In this document: positions 38,607 through 49,870 of the stretch, in pieces
Numbering within the stretch: the stretch's first letter is position 1
How the letters are laid out: every line of letters begins with the position of its first letter
Assembly (NCBI GenBank): GCA_022813965.1
Contig: JALDZS010000040.1
Coordinates: 62,001-126,000 of the forward strand
Length of the DNA: 64,000 nucleotides
Reading direction: 5' to 3'
Source: Toensbergia leucococca
Taxonomy: Eukaryota
Program-made: the position numbers and the translations under genes
The notes under the pieces: generated by a model
The model's input: the letters and a program-made list of their open reading frames with translations, nothing else
The model's database searches: none
What the model was told of the DNA's origin: nothing

Positions 38607-39562
38607 GATTTCTGAATATTGCGACGTGCTTGTACCATCAGGTGTCCGAGATGGTGGTGGAGATGGATGAGCTAGAGGCCAAGGTCATTGAGCAACAGGA
38701 CTGTCATGGCTCTTGCAAAGCAACGCCTCCGAGCAAAGCTACGCGTGACTTTGTGGCTTTTTGACGGTGAAGGCGGAGGTGGGAGTGGACTCGTTGAGTT
38801 GCCATTTGCCAATTGCCGTCATGCGATCTGCCGTAAACAAAGCTAAATTAAGCGAGACACGGGTGATTTAGAGTATCCTATCCGAGTCTAGTCTACAATA
38901 GCTCTAGTGTATTATCCGTCATCCACTTCACGTCTCCGCTCTCCAAGTAACCTCAATTACATCCTTCCAGGGTCACTATAAGTACTCTAACAGGAATTCA
39001 GGTCGGTGACTAGTTCATTTCAATCTGTAGGTGAATCATTCCAGTCCTCCATTCTCCTGAATATTCCACGAATACTTCAACAAATTGACAGAGTCACTGT
39101 GGCATTGAGAATCCTCGAATTCTTCCAAGGCTCTCTGGGTGATGCAAGTCTTGCGGAAGCGAAAAGCTGCATTTACTATGAGGGGCTTCTTGAAGCTGAT
39201 CACTTCAAAGAGGGGGCATTGGATAGGCCACGGCTATGGCTCTTAGAGAAAGACTCTGCAGAGTGGAGATCTTTCGGCAAATTCTCAACTTATGGAAGAT
39301 GAGAGCTATGAGGAGCTTTGCCGAGTTGAGTTGTGCAAATGACTCGTGGTCCCGAGTATAAAGACAACGTCCTTGCTTGAGCTGCTACCCTTCGTGACTA
39401 CCCGACTGGGTATGAGACAAAATCGGAAGAGCGCTTGGCTCGTGTATAATATCGTTTTTTCGTGAAATCTCCACTCTCTTCTGTGTACGTAACCATTCTA
39501 TCTATTCCCTTTCCAGACGCAATATCCCCTCTGCTTCAATTACGCTCAATCATATCAACGCA

Positions 39563-40000
39563 ATGATGAAGATGGACAATTTCACATCGGACGATGCCAT
39601 TGGACATACCGTCGTTGCAGCGAGAATCACCATATTTTCATGCATCGTGGTGGTGTTGACCATTTTCTCTCCCTTCTTCGCGTCGGCCTGGAACCGACTT
39701 TACGATACCAGTGACGACGCCCCGGCCTCCGACGTGGTCCATTGCATCCATCTCATGAAGCTCATGGATGAAAAGGTCCTGAATCAAGGAAACATCAGAT
39801 GGACGTTTGCGGTAGCTTTACGGGAAAAGGTAGAGAGAACTGAAGCAAGGATGAGGGTGAAGGAGGCAAGAAAGAAGGCCAAGGACAAGGATGAGGAGGG
39901 GACGGGGGAGTGGGTAAGAAGGAGGAGGATCTCCTCAATTGGGGGGTTTGTAAATGACTATTCCGAGCCAGATCCCGAGAAGGGGTTGAAGCGAAGTTGA
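39563..40000 (+). CDS. Small single-TM protein, member of a local paralog family
   Basis: Aligns with 42874-43590: HTVVAARITI..FSP vs RTVMAAWFTV..LSP; VHC..LNQGNIRW..A..LR vs VHW..LNAGDVGW..AMKLK. Confidence 0.6.
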   Translation: MMKMDNFTSDDAIGHTVVAARITIFSCIVVVLTIFSPFFASAWNRLYDTSDDAPASDVVHCIHLMKLMDEKVLNQGNIRWTFAVALREKVERTEARMRVKEARKKAKDKDEEGTGEWVRRRRISSIGGFVNDYSEPDPEKGLKRS

Positions 40001-41999
40001 GGTGTGTTGTATATATTTTACTCAACATCTTTCAGCAAGCATTCCTTTCTTTCCCCTGTCGTTTTTTTTTTACTACCCATGTCCAGGGGTCCCGTTCACT
40101 CCGCTAACGTCTGATTTGGAACCCCTGCCAGGAGATGGGATATTTATCAATCATCGCTCCATTCGGGGGTGTCGCCAGCCGGCCAATGTATACTTATACT
40201 ATATATTTATTCAAATATTACTAATTGACCTCTCCCGACGGGTGGTCGAACAGCAGACAGACTAACCTCAAGCCCTCGATCTCGTCCGCTATTGAAGTCT
40301 CACTGCTCGTCCACACTTCTATTTGCTACACCTACAGCCAGAAAAAGTTTACCACTCAACCGACTGCACGCCTGGCCTAGAACACAGACACATCACAACA
40401 ACTCTCTTCCGTCAAGCTCAGGCTGTCATCCGGATCAGAGAGCAGAACTTCAATGGGACAAGATCGAGGATTCGATGGTGACGATGACGTATGGTAGGCC
40501 TTGGATCAACTCCAAAGTGGTAACAAGGCATTGACTGACTAGATGATAGGTAGCTGCCTTTCATACTCCTAGGTGTTTCAGTATCTCCGCCTCCTGAAAT
40601 CCAATGGTAGATGATGCAGCTATCTCCGCACCTTGGAACTGAACCAGCAATGGCCCGTCCACCGACACCATGGCTCTATTTCGTCTTCACCACGAGGCAC
40701 GAGTAAGCATACCGGACGAGCCGTACAAAGTCATAGCTTCAAATAACAAAACGAAATTGCCTCTGCCGTTCGAGTTGCATCCTTTGCTCTTCGGCTGATA
40801 TCTGAAATTCGAAAGCACCGTGAGTTCATAAACTCACATCTTTTCCGTCATCATGCTCCACTACATGACCAGCCTCACTTCTATGGCTCAACTACTCTGT
40901 TATGCGGCTAGCCTCAATCATTCGACGAATCTCTACCATACATTCCGCAAACATTACACTAGCTTCTTTACACCTCTCTACACTACTCTTCTCCTCTATA
41001 ACAAACTTTATTATGCCACGACTTCACATTTCCTCTTCAAACACCCTAGTGCGGCAGGATCGCCAATTTCTTTACCAAGTCGCCTATACCAATCGAATGG
41101 ATAAGTCTACTATACGAGCCTTTCTCTGCTTCTCTACGAACTCACCCCGACCATACAAACGTGTCTCTACTATACGAAATTGCCTTTACTATACAAACTC
41201 CTCTTTCCTCTAAGCCCATTCTTTATGAGCCTATCTGCTACAACGAAGCACTTAATCATATTCATCTGTTTCTACTACTTCACCAATTCACCCCGACTAT
41301 ACAGACCCGTCTCTACGTTACGAACTAACCTCGGCTACACAGATCCGTCTCCACTATACAGATCTGCTTTTACTGCGTGAACTCCTCTCTACTGCAACAT
41401 CCTGCCTTCAACGTACGAAATTATTACCTTCGCTTTTTATCATCCCATGTTATATTTCCAATCTCTACTATAGTCACCCTCGATTATTTAATTTGACCGC
41501 CGTTATGCAAGCTTTTATCTGATCGACAACTCCATCGCTTTCAGCCACCGAGGTCTTCCATCCTTCCTACACGTTCAAGAAATATCCAACGACTTGGAAA
41601 GAGAAAGGTTGACAGTGATTACGCTGTGTCTTTTGAACAGCTAGTGCATTGTTGATGGGTATTGGAAGCTTTACAAGGAGTATCACACTTTAACAGTGTG
41701 CCCGGAATGATTCCCATAATTCAGTTTCAACGTCAGTAGATTCTTTCCTTTACTTCCGCCTCACCTCACTTCTGGTAATATATCATGAACACTTTACACA
41801 CATTATTGACACATTACACATGAACATATCCGCCCACCTTCACAATACACAACCTCACCATGATATCGGCCAACGGTATCTGCATCAGGTTGATAAGAGA
41901 CGTCTCATTTACTCACCCACCTATCTCGGCCTGCGCCGCCCAATCAACTCATACCGCGCAGTCTTCGCTCCCCGTGTTGACTTGGCCATGGGTACGAGC

Positions 42000-42330
42000 T
42001 TCTACTTCAGAAGGTTCATAAACATCAATCATCTCAAAGGGGCCTCTTTGGTTAATCATAGCCACCCTTACCTTCCTCTCCCATCTTGCCGTCTTTGCCT
42101 GGCGATTCTATCGAGGTACCCTGAGTGGTGAAATTGTTGGGTGAGATTACCTTGAGGATTCGAACGAAGTACTAGAAGTTCAAGAAGCATTGGGATAGGA
42201 CGCTGCGTCCAAATTCAAGATACTTACGAGGCTCACGCCCTCGAAGAGGGCGACCTTGGGTGGCCCACAGCTATGGCTCTCCGAGAAAGAGTCTACAAAA
42301 TGAAGCGGGAAATAACCAACCTGACTCCAA
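42000..42330 (+). pseudogene. Degraded paralog of the 42874 family
   Basis: LWLIIATLTFLSH and YEAHALEEGDLGWPTAMALRERV in different frames with stops. Confidence 0.6.
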
Positions 42331-42422
42331 CTCCTGTGTGCCTAATTTTTCCTGCCAACCTGCTACCAAGGCATAGATTTCAGAGCTCACAACAACCAAA
42401 TCAACATTGTTGTATACAAAAA

Positions 42423-42826
42423 ATGCATGTCCCCTCCGCAGACGAAGTGAGCCAGCGTACGGTCATGGCTGCCTGGTTTACCGTCGCTGGATGGATTGTC
42501 GCTACACTGTCCTTCCTCTCTCCAATTATTATATGGTGTTATAGAGCCTGCTGTGGGAGGGCAAATGACCTGACCGATCGCTACAGGACGTAGTGCATTA
42601 GACAACATTGAAAAAAAGCATCGATTCTCACGAGCTGAACCCTGGGGACGTGGGATGGGAAACAGCCATGATACTCCAGGCACGGATTATGAAGATGGAG
42701 CAAAGACAGCCAAATCGGGTGGTTCGAGCGGGAAACGCGATATTCGATTTGTGCCAGTACTTGTGCCGTAAAGTCCTCCATGGACTATTCTTCCTGTTCT
42801 CCTGCCATCCTCCTACCAAAGCATAG
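42423..42826 (+). pseudogene. Recent tandem duplicate of the 42874 gene, frameshifted
   Basis: High nucleotide similarity to 42874-43250 including upstream CATAGAT..CAGAGCTCA; frame break near 42575-42605. Confidence 0.8.
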
Positions 42827-42873
42827 ATCGCAGAGCTCATAATAAATCCAATCAACATTGTTGTATAAAAAGA

Positions 42874-43590
42874 ATGCATATCACTACCACAGATGAGGTG
42901 AGCCAGCGCACAGTGATGGCTGCCTGGTTTACCGTGGCTGGCTGGATCATTGCTGCATTGTCTTTCCTCTCCCCGGTTATTGTCTGGTGTATCAAAGCCT
43001 GCTGTGGACGAAGCCAAGACCCTACTTCAGAGGAGCTTGTACACTGGACCTCCCTGAAGAAAGCCATCGACGCCCATGATCTAAATGCCGGGGACGTGGG
43101 TTGGGCTACAGCCATGAAGCTTAAAGTACGCATCGAAGTCATGGAACAAAGGCAGCCGAATTGGGTGGTGCGGGGGGGAGTCGCTACGGTCGATTTTTTT
43201 CAGCATTGGTGTCGTAAAGTCCTCAAAGGACTATTCTTCCTTTTCTCCTACCTCTACCTCCTCATTCCCGGTCTCGGCCTCGGCCTCGGCCTCGGCCTGC
43301 CTTTCCTGATAATTTCGCTCTTCGCATGGGTTTTATGGTTGGTATTCCGGGCACTTCGATGGATTCTCCGCAGTTGTGTGAGCAAGTCGTCGCGGCGCCG
43401 CCAGCGTTGGACTGCACGCTTTGGTGCTTGGAGAGACCGCCGGGCTCGGGGCGCGGGGGGGGGACACCTAGACTTAGAGATGCAGAGTTTGGAGCCCATA
43501 TCGTCGGACGAGAGCGAGGGCGGAATACCGTTGAATCTGGTGTCTTCGAATGAGAGCGATGGGGGCGTTTTATTGAATGTGGTGGCATGA
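42874..43590 (+). CDS. Membrane protein of unknown family (238 aa)
   Basis: Intact ORF, N-terminal TM, GDVGWATAM motif, C-terminal hydrophobic hairpin with GLGLGLGL. Confidence 0.7.
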   Translation: MHITTTDEVSQRTVMAAWFTVAGWIIAALSFLSPVIVWCIKACCGRSQDPTSEELVHWTSLKKAIDAHDLNAGDVGWATAMKLKVRIEVMEQRQPNWVVRGGVATVDFFQHWCRKVLKGLFFLFSYLYLLIPGLGLGLGLGLPFLIISLFAWVLWLVFRALRWILRSCVSKSSRRRQRWTARFGAWRDRRARGAGGGHLDLEMQSLEPISSDESEGGIPLNLVSSNESDGGVLLNVVA

Positions 43591-43844
43591 AGGTGAAGGA
43601 GGGAGCTGGGAGCGCTGTTTTGGGGGAACTTTTGGGGGTTTTTTTGGGTATCAGATTCGGTTGCTGAGCTTTGCTGATATATTATTGCATTGCTGATGCT
43701 GCCTTTTCCCCCAAGAAAAAGGTGTCAATTGCCCATTTGTGCGACAAGCGTGTTTTTGCCTTGATATGAGGGAAACAAAATTTCCCTTTTTGCAATCGCA
43801 AGCAACCTCGCTTTCTCAGCATCTGGTCGTCGTGCATCCAAATG

Positions 43845-44349
43845 CTAGGCTCTCAATAATTGATTGACTAAGGTATATAGCTGACTATTAGTTCTCGGGT
43901 AGTCGATTGTTAAACACCTTAGTTGATCTGAGTTTTACCTAGTTTTGATATCCGATTCTTAGCTGGTTGATCTTCTTCTAGGTAGAGGGGTAACAGTTTG
44001 AATGATTGTTTTGGTGATGATGATGAGGGGGTGAGGGGTGCGTTTTTGGGGAGTGATATATTATACCCTGAATTGGGAGGGCTGATTATAGGTAGCCTGA
44101 ATAGGTAGGGATAGGCTTGAGTTTATTCTGAAATCTGAAATTTTTATATCGTGGCTAGGTATGTTGTGACTTTTGAGTATTCATTCCGTTTTTTGTTAAT
44201 GAGAATGAATAGTGATAGTGAGTGTAAACTTATAGGTAGTCTTGATAGTCAGACTATGACCTTGTTTGACTGAGTTCTGAATTCTGAATTCAGATGGAAC
44301 TATCAATGACTAATTCATCTGATAATTGATTCTGATCTACCCTTAGAAC
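43845..44349. mobile_element. Diverged second copy of the 9573-10100 MITE
   Basis: Colinear shared blocks: AGGCTCT..ATAGCTGACTATTAGT, TAGCCTGAATAGG, ATTCTGAAATCTGAA, ATAGTGATAGTGAG, TAGTCTTRATAGTCAGACTAT. Confidence 0.75.
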
Positions 44350-44351
44350 TA

Positions 44352-45222
44352 CTGCATAATCTGTTATATAAGATACTAGTTTTATAGTCTGTTTCTTGTC
44401 TGAAGTTCAATTAAAATTATATCTTATACTTCAGTAGCATCTTTTAAACAAAATTATGTCTTATACTCAGTTCTTAGACAAGGTCTGAGTTAAGAATCAA
44501 TATTTTCACTTAAGAAATTCATCATACTCACTATCAACCTTTTTAACACATTTCTGCCTCATCTTTACACATCTTATCTTTATATATTTATTTAGTCATG
44601 ACTTCTTCTTATACTTTCTCAAAGGGACAGATCACTGAACTAACTAATAAGCATTATGATAAATATCATAAGATATATGCTTTTGAAAAGTACATTGTAA
44701 GTGAAAGACATGTGATATTAATAGAATGAGTGAGTAAAGCTTGAAGGGAACTGCATAGAGATAAAGCAGACTTAATACACAAAACCTTCAGACAAGTAGA
44801 ACTTTTTCTAGCTGTGAATGAGAGTGAGGTTAAGAAGTTATAAATCAAGGATATATCAGATATTCAGGTGAGGGACTGAATTAAAAAACCTGAAGAAACA
44901 ATCAATCTTGACTCAGTGAAGGAAAAAAAGAAGGAAGGGGAGGAGAAAGGGAAGGAGAAAAGGGAGGAGAAGGATGAGGGGGTTCAGATATTTGACACTG
45001 ATGATGAGGATGATGATGAGTATGAGTCAGTCAGTGAGGATGAGGAAGAGGAGGTGAAACACATACCTGAGACCCCTCCTCACATCTAGGTAGATATTAT
45101 CTTATTAGATATTATCTTATAGACCAAAACACCCTCGGTCTACAGAAATCGATTTGAAACCATATCTTATGCTCCTGTAGTATCCTGTAAACCGACCATG
45201 TCTTATATGACAGATTATACGG
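44352..45222. mobile_element. Tc1/mariner-type non-autonomous element with TA TSD
   Basis: TA|CTGCATAATCTGTTATATAAGATA ... TGTCTTATATGACAGATTATACGG|TA (TIR about CCGTATAATCTGTCATATAAGACA); interior nearly CpG-free with an acidic coding remnant. Confidence 0.8.
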
Positions 45223-45420
45223 TATCACGTTGCAAAGCCATTCATTCAATTGAAAAACTCCCTAGTATGAAACGACAAAATTGGATGCTTCGTTCGAGAT
45301 GTATTACTTTACTGCCAGTCTTCAATTGCGCAGACCTCACCTCTTTCTTTCGCTTGAAGTTGCAGTAAACATGGCAAGAGCTGAAAAAAAAACAGGTGGC
45401 AGATCAATTTTCCAGCTTTT

Positions 45421-47177
45421 TCAGTCCTCGCATCCCCAAAGTTTGACAGTGCGATCGTGCCCGCAGCTCGTAATCCACCGCCCGTCCATACTAACATCCA
45501 CACTCAACACATTGCCCGAATGCCCGCTCAAAGTCTTGGCCAAAGCCCAGTCATCCGCTGAGAAGATGTTGACGTTTTTGTCAAAGCCACTCGATACGAA
45601 AAATGTCCCCGACGTCTTGGGCATCGTTTCGCCTTTTTCTTCGTCCTTTTTTGCTGGTAAGATGCCATCTGTTGTTGGGTTGTCGGTGCCTTTGTACCAG
45701 CGTAGATCGGAGACTACACCACGGTGAGCACCGACCCCACCGACGCCTCGAACCATTCGAACATCCCAGCATTTGACCCATCCATCCCCCGATCCCGAGA
45801 GGACGCGGTGCCCGTCGACGCCCCAGTCTAGGGCGTAGATCTCGCGGATGTGTCCATCCAGGATCATGACTGTTCTACCTGTGCGTAGATCCCAGATTCT
45901 TCCGATGCTATCAAGACCCGCACTTGCAAGTAGAGAGCCATCCGTGTTGAAACTCAAGGCATAGACTTCTCGTGAGTGGCCTTCTTGTAGGAGGAGTTCT
46001 GTAGTGGTCTCGACGTCCCATAATCGCCATGTCGTATCGTATGACGCAGATGCTAGATACTTGCCCGATGGATGGAACTCGACTCGACACGCCCGCCCAG
46101 TGTGACCTGAGAGTGTTGATATGGGGGTTTCTTGTGTTAGTGACCAGAGGTGGATATTGCCTTCTCCGCCGCTGGAAGCAAGGTTGACCGAATTTTCAGA
46201 AACAGAAGTACCGGGAAGAGTCGCGCCAGGGAACCAAGATATCCCTCCCACTCGATCAGTGTGACCCCTCAGCACCCTATTCTCATCCAAGTTGGGCACA
46301 TCGAGAAGCTTTATTCCACCACCCCAATTCCCAGCCGCAATAATTTTCCCATCTGGTGAGAAGCGAGCGATACTAACAGGTCTATCACCCGCAATTTGAG
46401 TTCCAAATAAATCAAACCCTTGCAGACGATCCTTGATAGCCTTCCGATGTTTAATATGCGTTCGTAGAGGTATTGTCGACTCAACTTTTTGACTGGCGAT
46501 CCTCAGCTTTGCCCTGGGCAGTGAGTATCGCGCAATGGCCTTCCGAGCCTGAAGAAGCTCCTGCATACCCTCGGTATAGAACTCTTCCTCCTGTTCCCCG
46601 TGTGCACCGTCTTCCCGTGCGATGTCTTGTATCTGGAGGTCATGGTCTCCGTAATCGTCAGCCTCTTGCTCAGCCCGTTGTGTCAATAGCTCCCTCAGCC
46701 GATCCCTTCGATCGCCTGGCCCTTCTCCAAATAGCGTGATGGGTTCTCCAATCTCTCGTAGACGCATGCGTACTCTTCCATCGTCGGTGGGTACAGCGAT
46801 AGCCGCTGCTCTCCTCTTCCTGGAGAATTGAGATAAAATAGCTGAGGCTCTCTCTGGTGCAATACCGGCCGTAGCAGATGGCATCAAATAGTCGCGATCG
46901 ATAGCTAGAAGAGGTTCAGTATGGCTGAGACAGCTTTATACGGAGAGTGGACACACGTATATTCGCGAGGTCCACCCCCATGTCCGTATCCTATCATTGC
47001 AGCCCAAACCTATCAGCCCGTCATCGTTCATGACTGAGTGTTCTCTTCGAGGAGGAGGAGAAGGGCTGTTCTGGGAATTTATATGAACATTGCCACGAAA
47101 GTATAGAGATGGGGCTGCAGACAGCTTACCTCAGGACCATCCTCCTCCACATATGCTTGCCTCGCCGGATGCATCAT
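45421..47177 (-). CDS. PRP4: U4/U6 snRNP WD40 protein Prp4
   Basis: Exon 1 MMHPARQAYVEED; PRP4/SFM motif AVPTDDGRVR..LREIGEPITLFGE; EEFYTEG; 7 WD40 repeats. Confidence 0.95.
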
Positions 47178-47544
47178 CTTGATTGACATTGACTGCTGAC
47201 TCAATTGTACAAGATTAGTCTGGGAATAACGTGATGAACTATGCAAGTACCAGGATGGGGATTCAAGTATTCGAGGATTGAAGCTGAGGTTGACTGATCC
47301 CAAAACGACTGTTGTTGGTTTGCCGAGAGAATTTCTTCAACGGCCTCGGCCGCAAACCTCAACCACCTCTGTGATTTCTCTACAGTCTCTTATCAGGACA
47401 GATCGCCTCTATCGTGCGAGTTATTCTACGATCTTGTGGCGTATGAGGTTCAAAGTTCAAAGCATCTGCTACTTCCACCAGCACTGAAGGCCGCTATGGA
47501 CTTCCTGCATCTTCGGCGTCAATAACCCACGGTCTTTGGCCAAG

Positions 47545-48822
47545 ATGCGGCCATTGGTAACGTTCAGTGTCATAGGACTTACACCAATCTTTCAATGCTC
47601 TGCATGCCGAGCCAGCCCGCTCTTTACACAGCAGGACCTCCGTTTGCAATGCTTGCCCTCATCATCGAGTCCGCCCTTCGGCCACCATTATGGAGACACC
47701 AGATCCCACGGCCCTTTCTCCCGCATCTCAGCTTCAACACGAGCATACTCTACGGCGGCTTCAAACAACGCATTCACATTCCATCTTAGTGCGTCGTTCT
47801 CTGGGAAAGCCAGGCGCTTCAATCCAAGAACGGACCTCTTCTCCTTCGACCCCACTCGCCCTGCTGCGCCTGGTAAGATATCTTTGACAGGTCGACCGGT
47901 CAGCGGCCAGGACGCTTTCTTCATCAGCAAGATTGGAGCAGGATCAAACGTCGCCTTTGGTGTAGCAGACGGCGTAGGTGGGTGGTCTGACTCGGGTATT
48001 GACTCGGCACACTTCTCCCACGGCCTCTGTGAGTACTTGATACGGACTTCAACGAAAACGGAGGAATCAGCTCGGAGGAAGCTGAATCCGCAACAATTGC
48101 TTCAACAAGGCTACGAAGCAACAGTTGCCGATAAGTCGATATATGGGGGTGGAAGTACGGCATGTGTTGCCACCGGACGGGATGACGGAACTCTGGAGGT
48201 GGCCAAGTAAGATCTCAATTAAATCCCCAAACCGCCAAGCTGATGCGAGAGTAGCCTAGGTGACTCTGGATTCGCCCAATTCCGTCTCAACGCAGTGCAA
48301 CACTATTCCAATCCCCAAACACACGCTTTCAACACACCATACCAACTCTCGATAATTCCGCCCCGCATTCTAGCCCGCTCCCGCCTCTTCGGCAGCGAGC
48401 CTCTCCGGGACTTCCCTCGTGACGCCAGCGTCACACAGCATCAAGTACGCCACGGCGACGTTTTGGTATTCGCAACGGACGGCGTATGGGACAATCTCAC
48501 TGCTCTCGACCTGCTCAAAATCATCAGCAGGAATATGACAGCTTATGGAGCCTGGGAGGTTGGTGAAGGAAACGGGGTAGTGGCTTCGGAGGATATAGAG
48601 TCTTTGACGCGGGAGGCCAGGCTGGAGGAACAGACGAGACATAGCTTGCAGACGCTTTTGGCGACGGCGATTGCGGGGGAGGCGAAGTTGGCTAGTGTGA
48701 ATGCGAAGAGGGATGGGCCGTTTGCAAAGGAGGTGCAGAAGTTTTATCCGCATGAGGAGTTTCATGGTGGGAAAATGGACGATATTTGTGTGGTTGTGGC
48801 TGTTGTGGTTGAGAAGTCATAG
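47545..48822 (+). CDS. PTC7: PP2C-family phosphatase Ptc7/Azr1 (mitochondrial)
   Basis: GQDAFF, GVADGVGGW, GGSTAC, AN|LGDSG across intron 48207-48254, FNTPYQL, ATDGVWDN, GGKMDDI. Confidence 0.92.
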
Positions 48823-49349
48823 GTCAGGGTGGAGGCCCGCTTTTGGTGTCGGGGTTCCGAGCCTGTATATATGGGTTCTGTCACAAATCTGGGGACTTCT
48901 TTTGACCGTGGAGGCGGGGGAGTTTTTAGATATTGGGTGGTTCATCTATCTATGAAGCTTGCAGAGTTTTTTTTTTTTTTTTTTTGAAACGCGCCAGTGG
49001 AGTTACGGATGGAAAGGTGACGATGTATTTTATCAATGAGAGGAAGATGAGGTGGTTTCTGAATCTCAGTTGCTGTGTATGTGTCTTTCTCAACTTCCCT
49101 CTCATAAACAGAAAAATGACATTTCTATTCTCATCTGCGCTTTTTATGCCCATTGTCATCCCTCAGCCTGATCAAGATCTCAAGCATCAAAGATTTATAT
49201 TCATACCGCCAACAAAGACGCCAAACGCCACATGCACACACACACCTCCCTCACACCACCCACAAAACGTCAGATTAGTCTCATGTCCCCACATTCCCCA
49301 CAGAGCCATTCACTCGGACCTACCTAAATCACTAGCTCTCATGTTCATT

Positions 49350-49870
49350 AGCTGAGTTTTGCACAGAACTTTGATTTGTGCACAATTACTTTGTGCACAT
49401 TTAATATGTGCACATTTGATTTGTGCACGTTTAATCACACTGTGAGGATTTATTTTTGTTTGATTTGTTTTTTTTATTATTTTTGAAAGGAGTTGAGTGA
49501 CTGAGTGTTCAAAGAGATCTAAATACTCTTGAATGCATCTCTTAAGATTTTTTACTCTAAGCTGAAATTTATAAAGAGAGTTATTCTTTTTTCTTTTGAA
49601 GAGTGAATGCTTTTTTTTCTATTTAGTTGTAGTCTTGTTATAGCTTGTTTTGAGATGAGTTTTTTTGAGTGATGTTTGATTGTTAAATTAGGTAGTTGAG
49701 TGATGATTTGTATATGTGAGTGAAGCTGATACTTGAACAGAAGGAATGAAGGGAATAGATGATTGCGTTGAGTTGTTGAAGGATTTTGTTTATAGGTCTG
49801 ATCAAGGGAGAAAGTGACAAGACAGTACCTAATTGAGGTTTGAATAGTCTTGAATATCTAGACATATTGA
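49350..49870. other. CpG-depleted transposon-like relic with TGTGCAC repeats
   Basis: Four TGTGCAC(A/G) motifs at 14-15 bp spacing (49377-49430), then an AT-rich, nearly CG-free tract. Confidence 0.45.
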
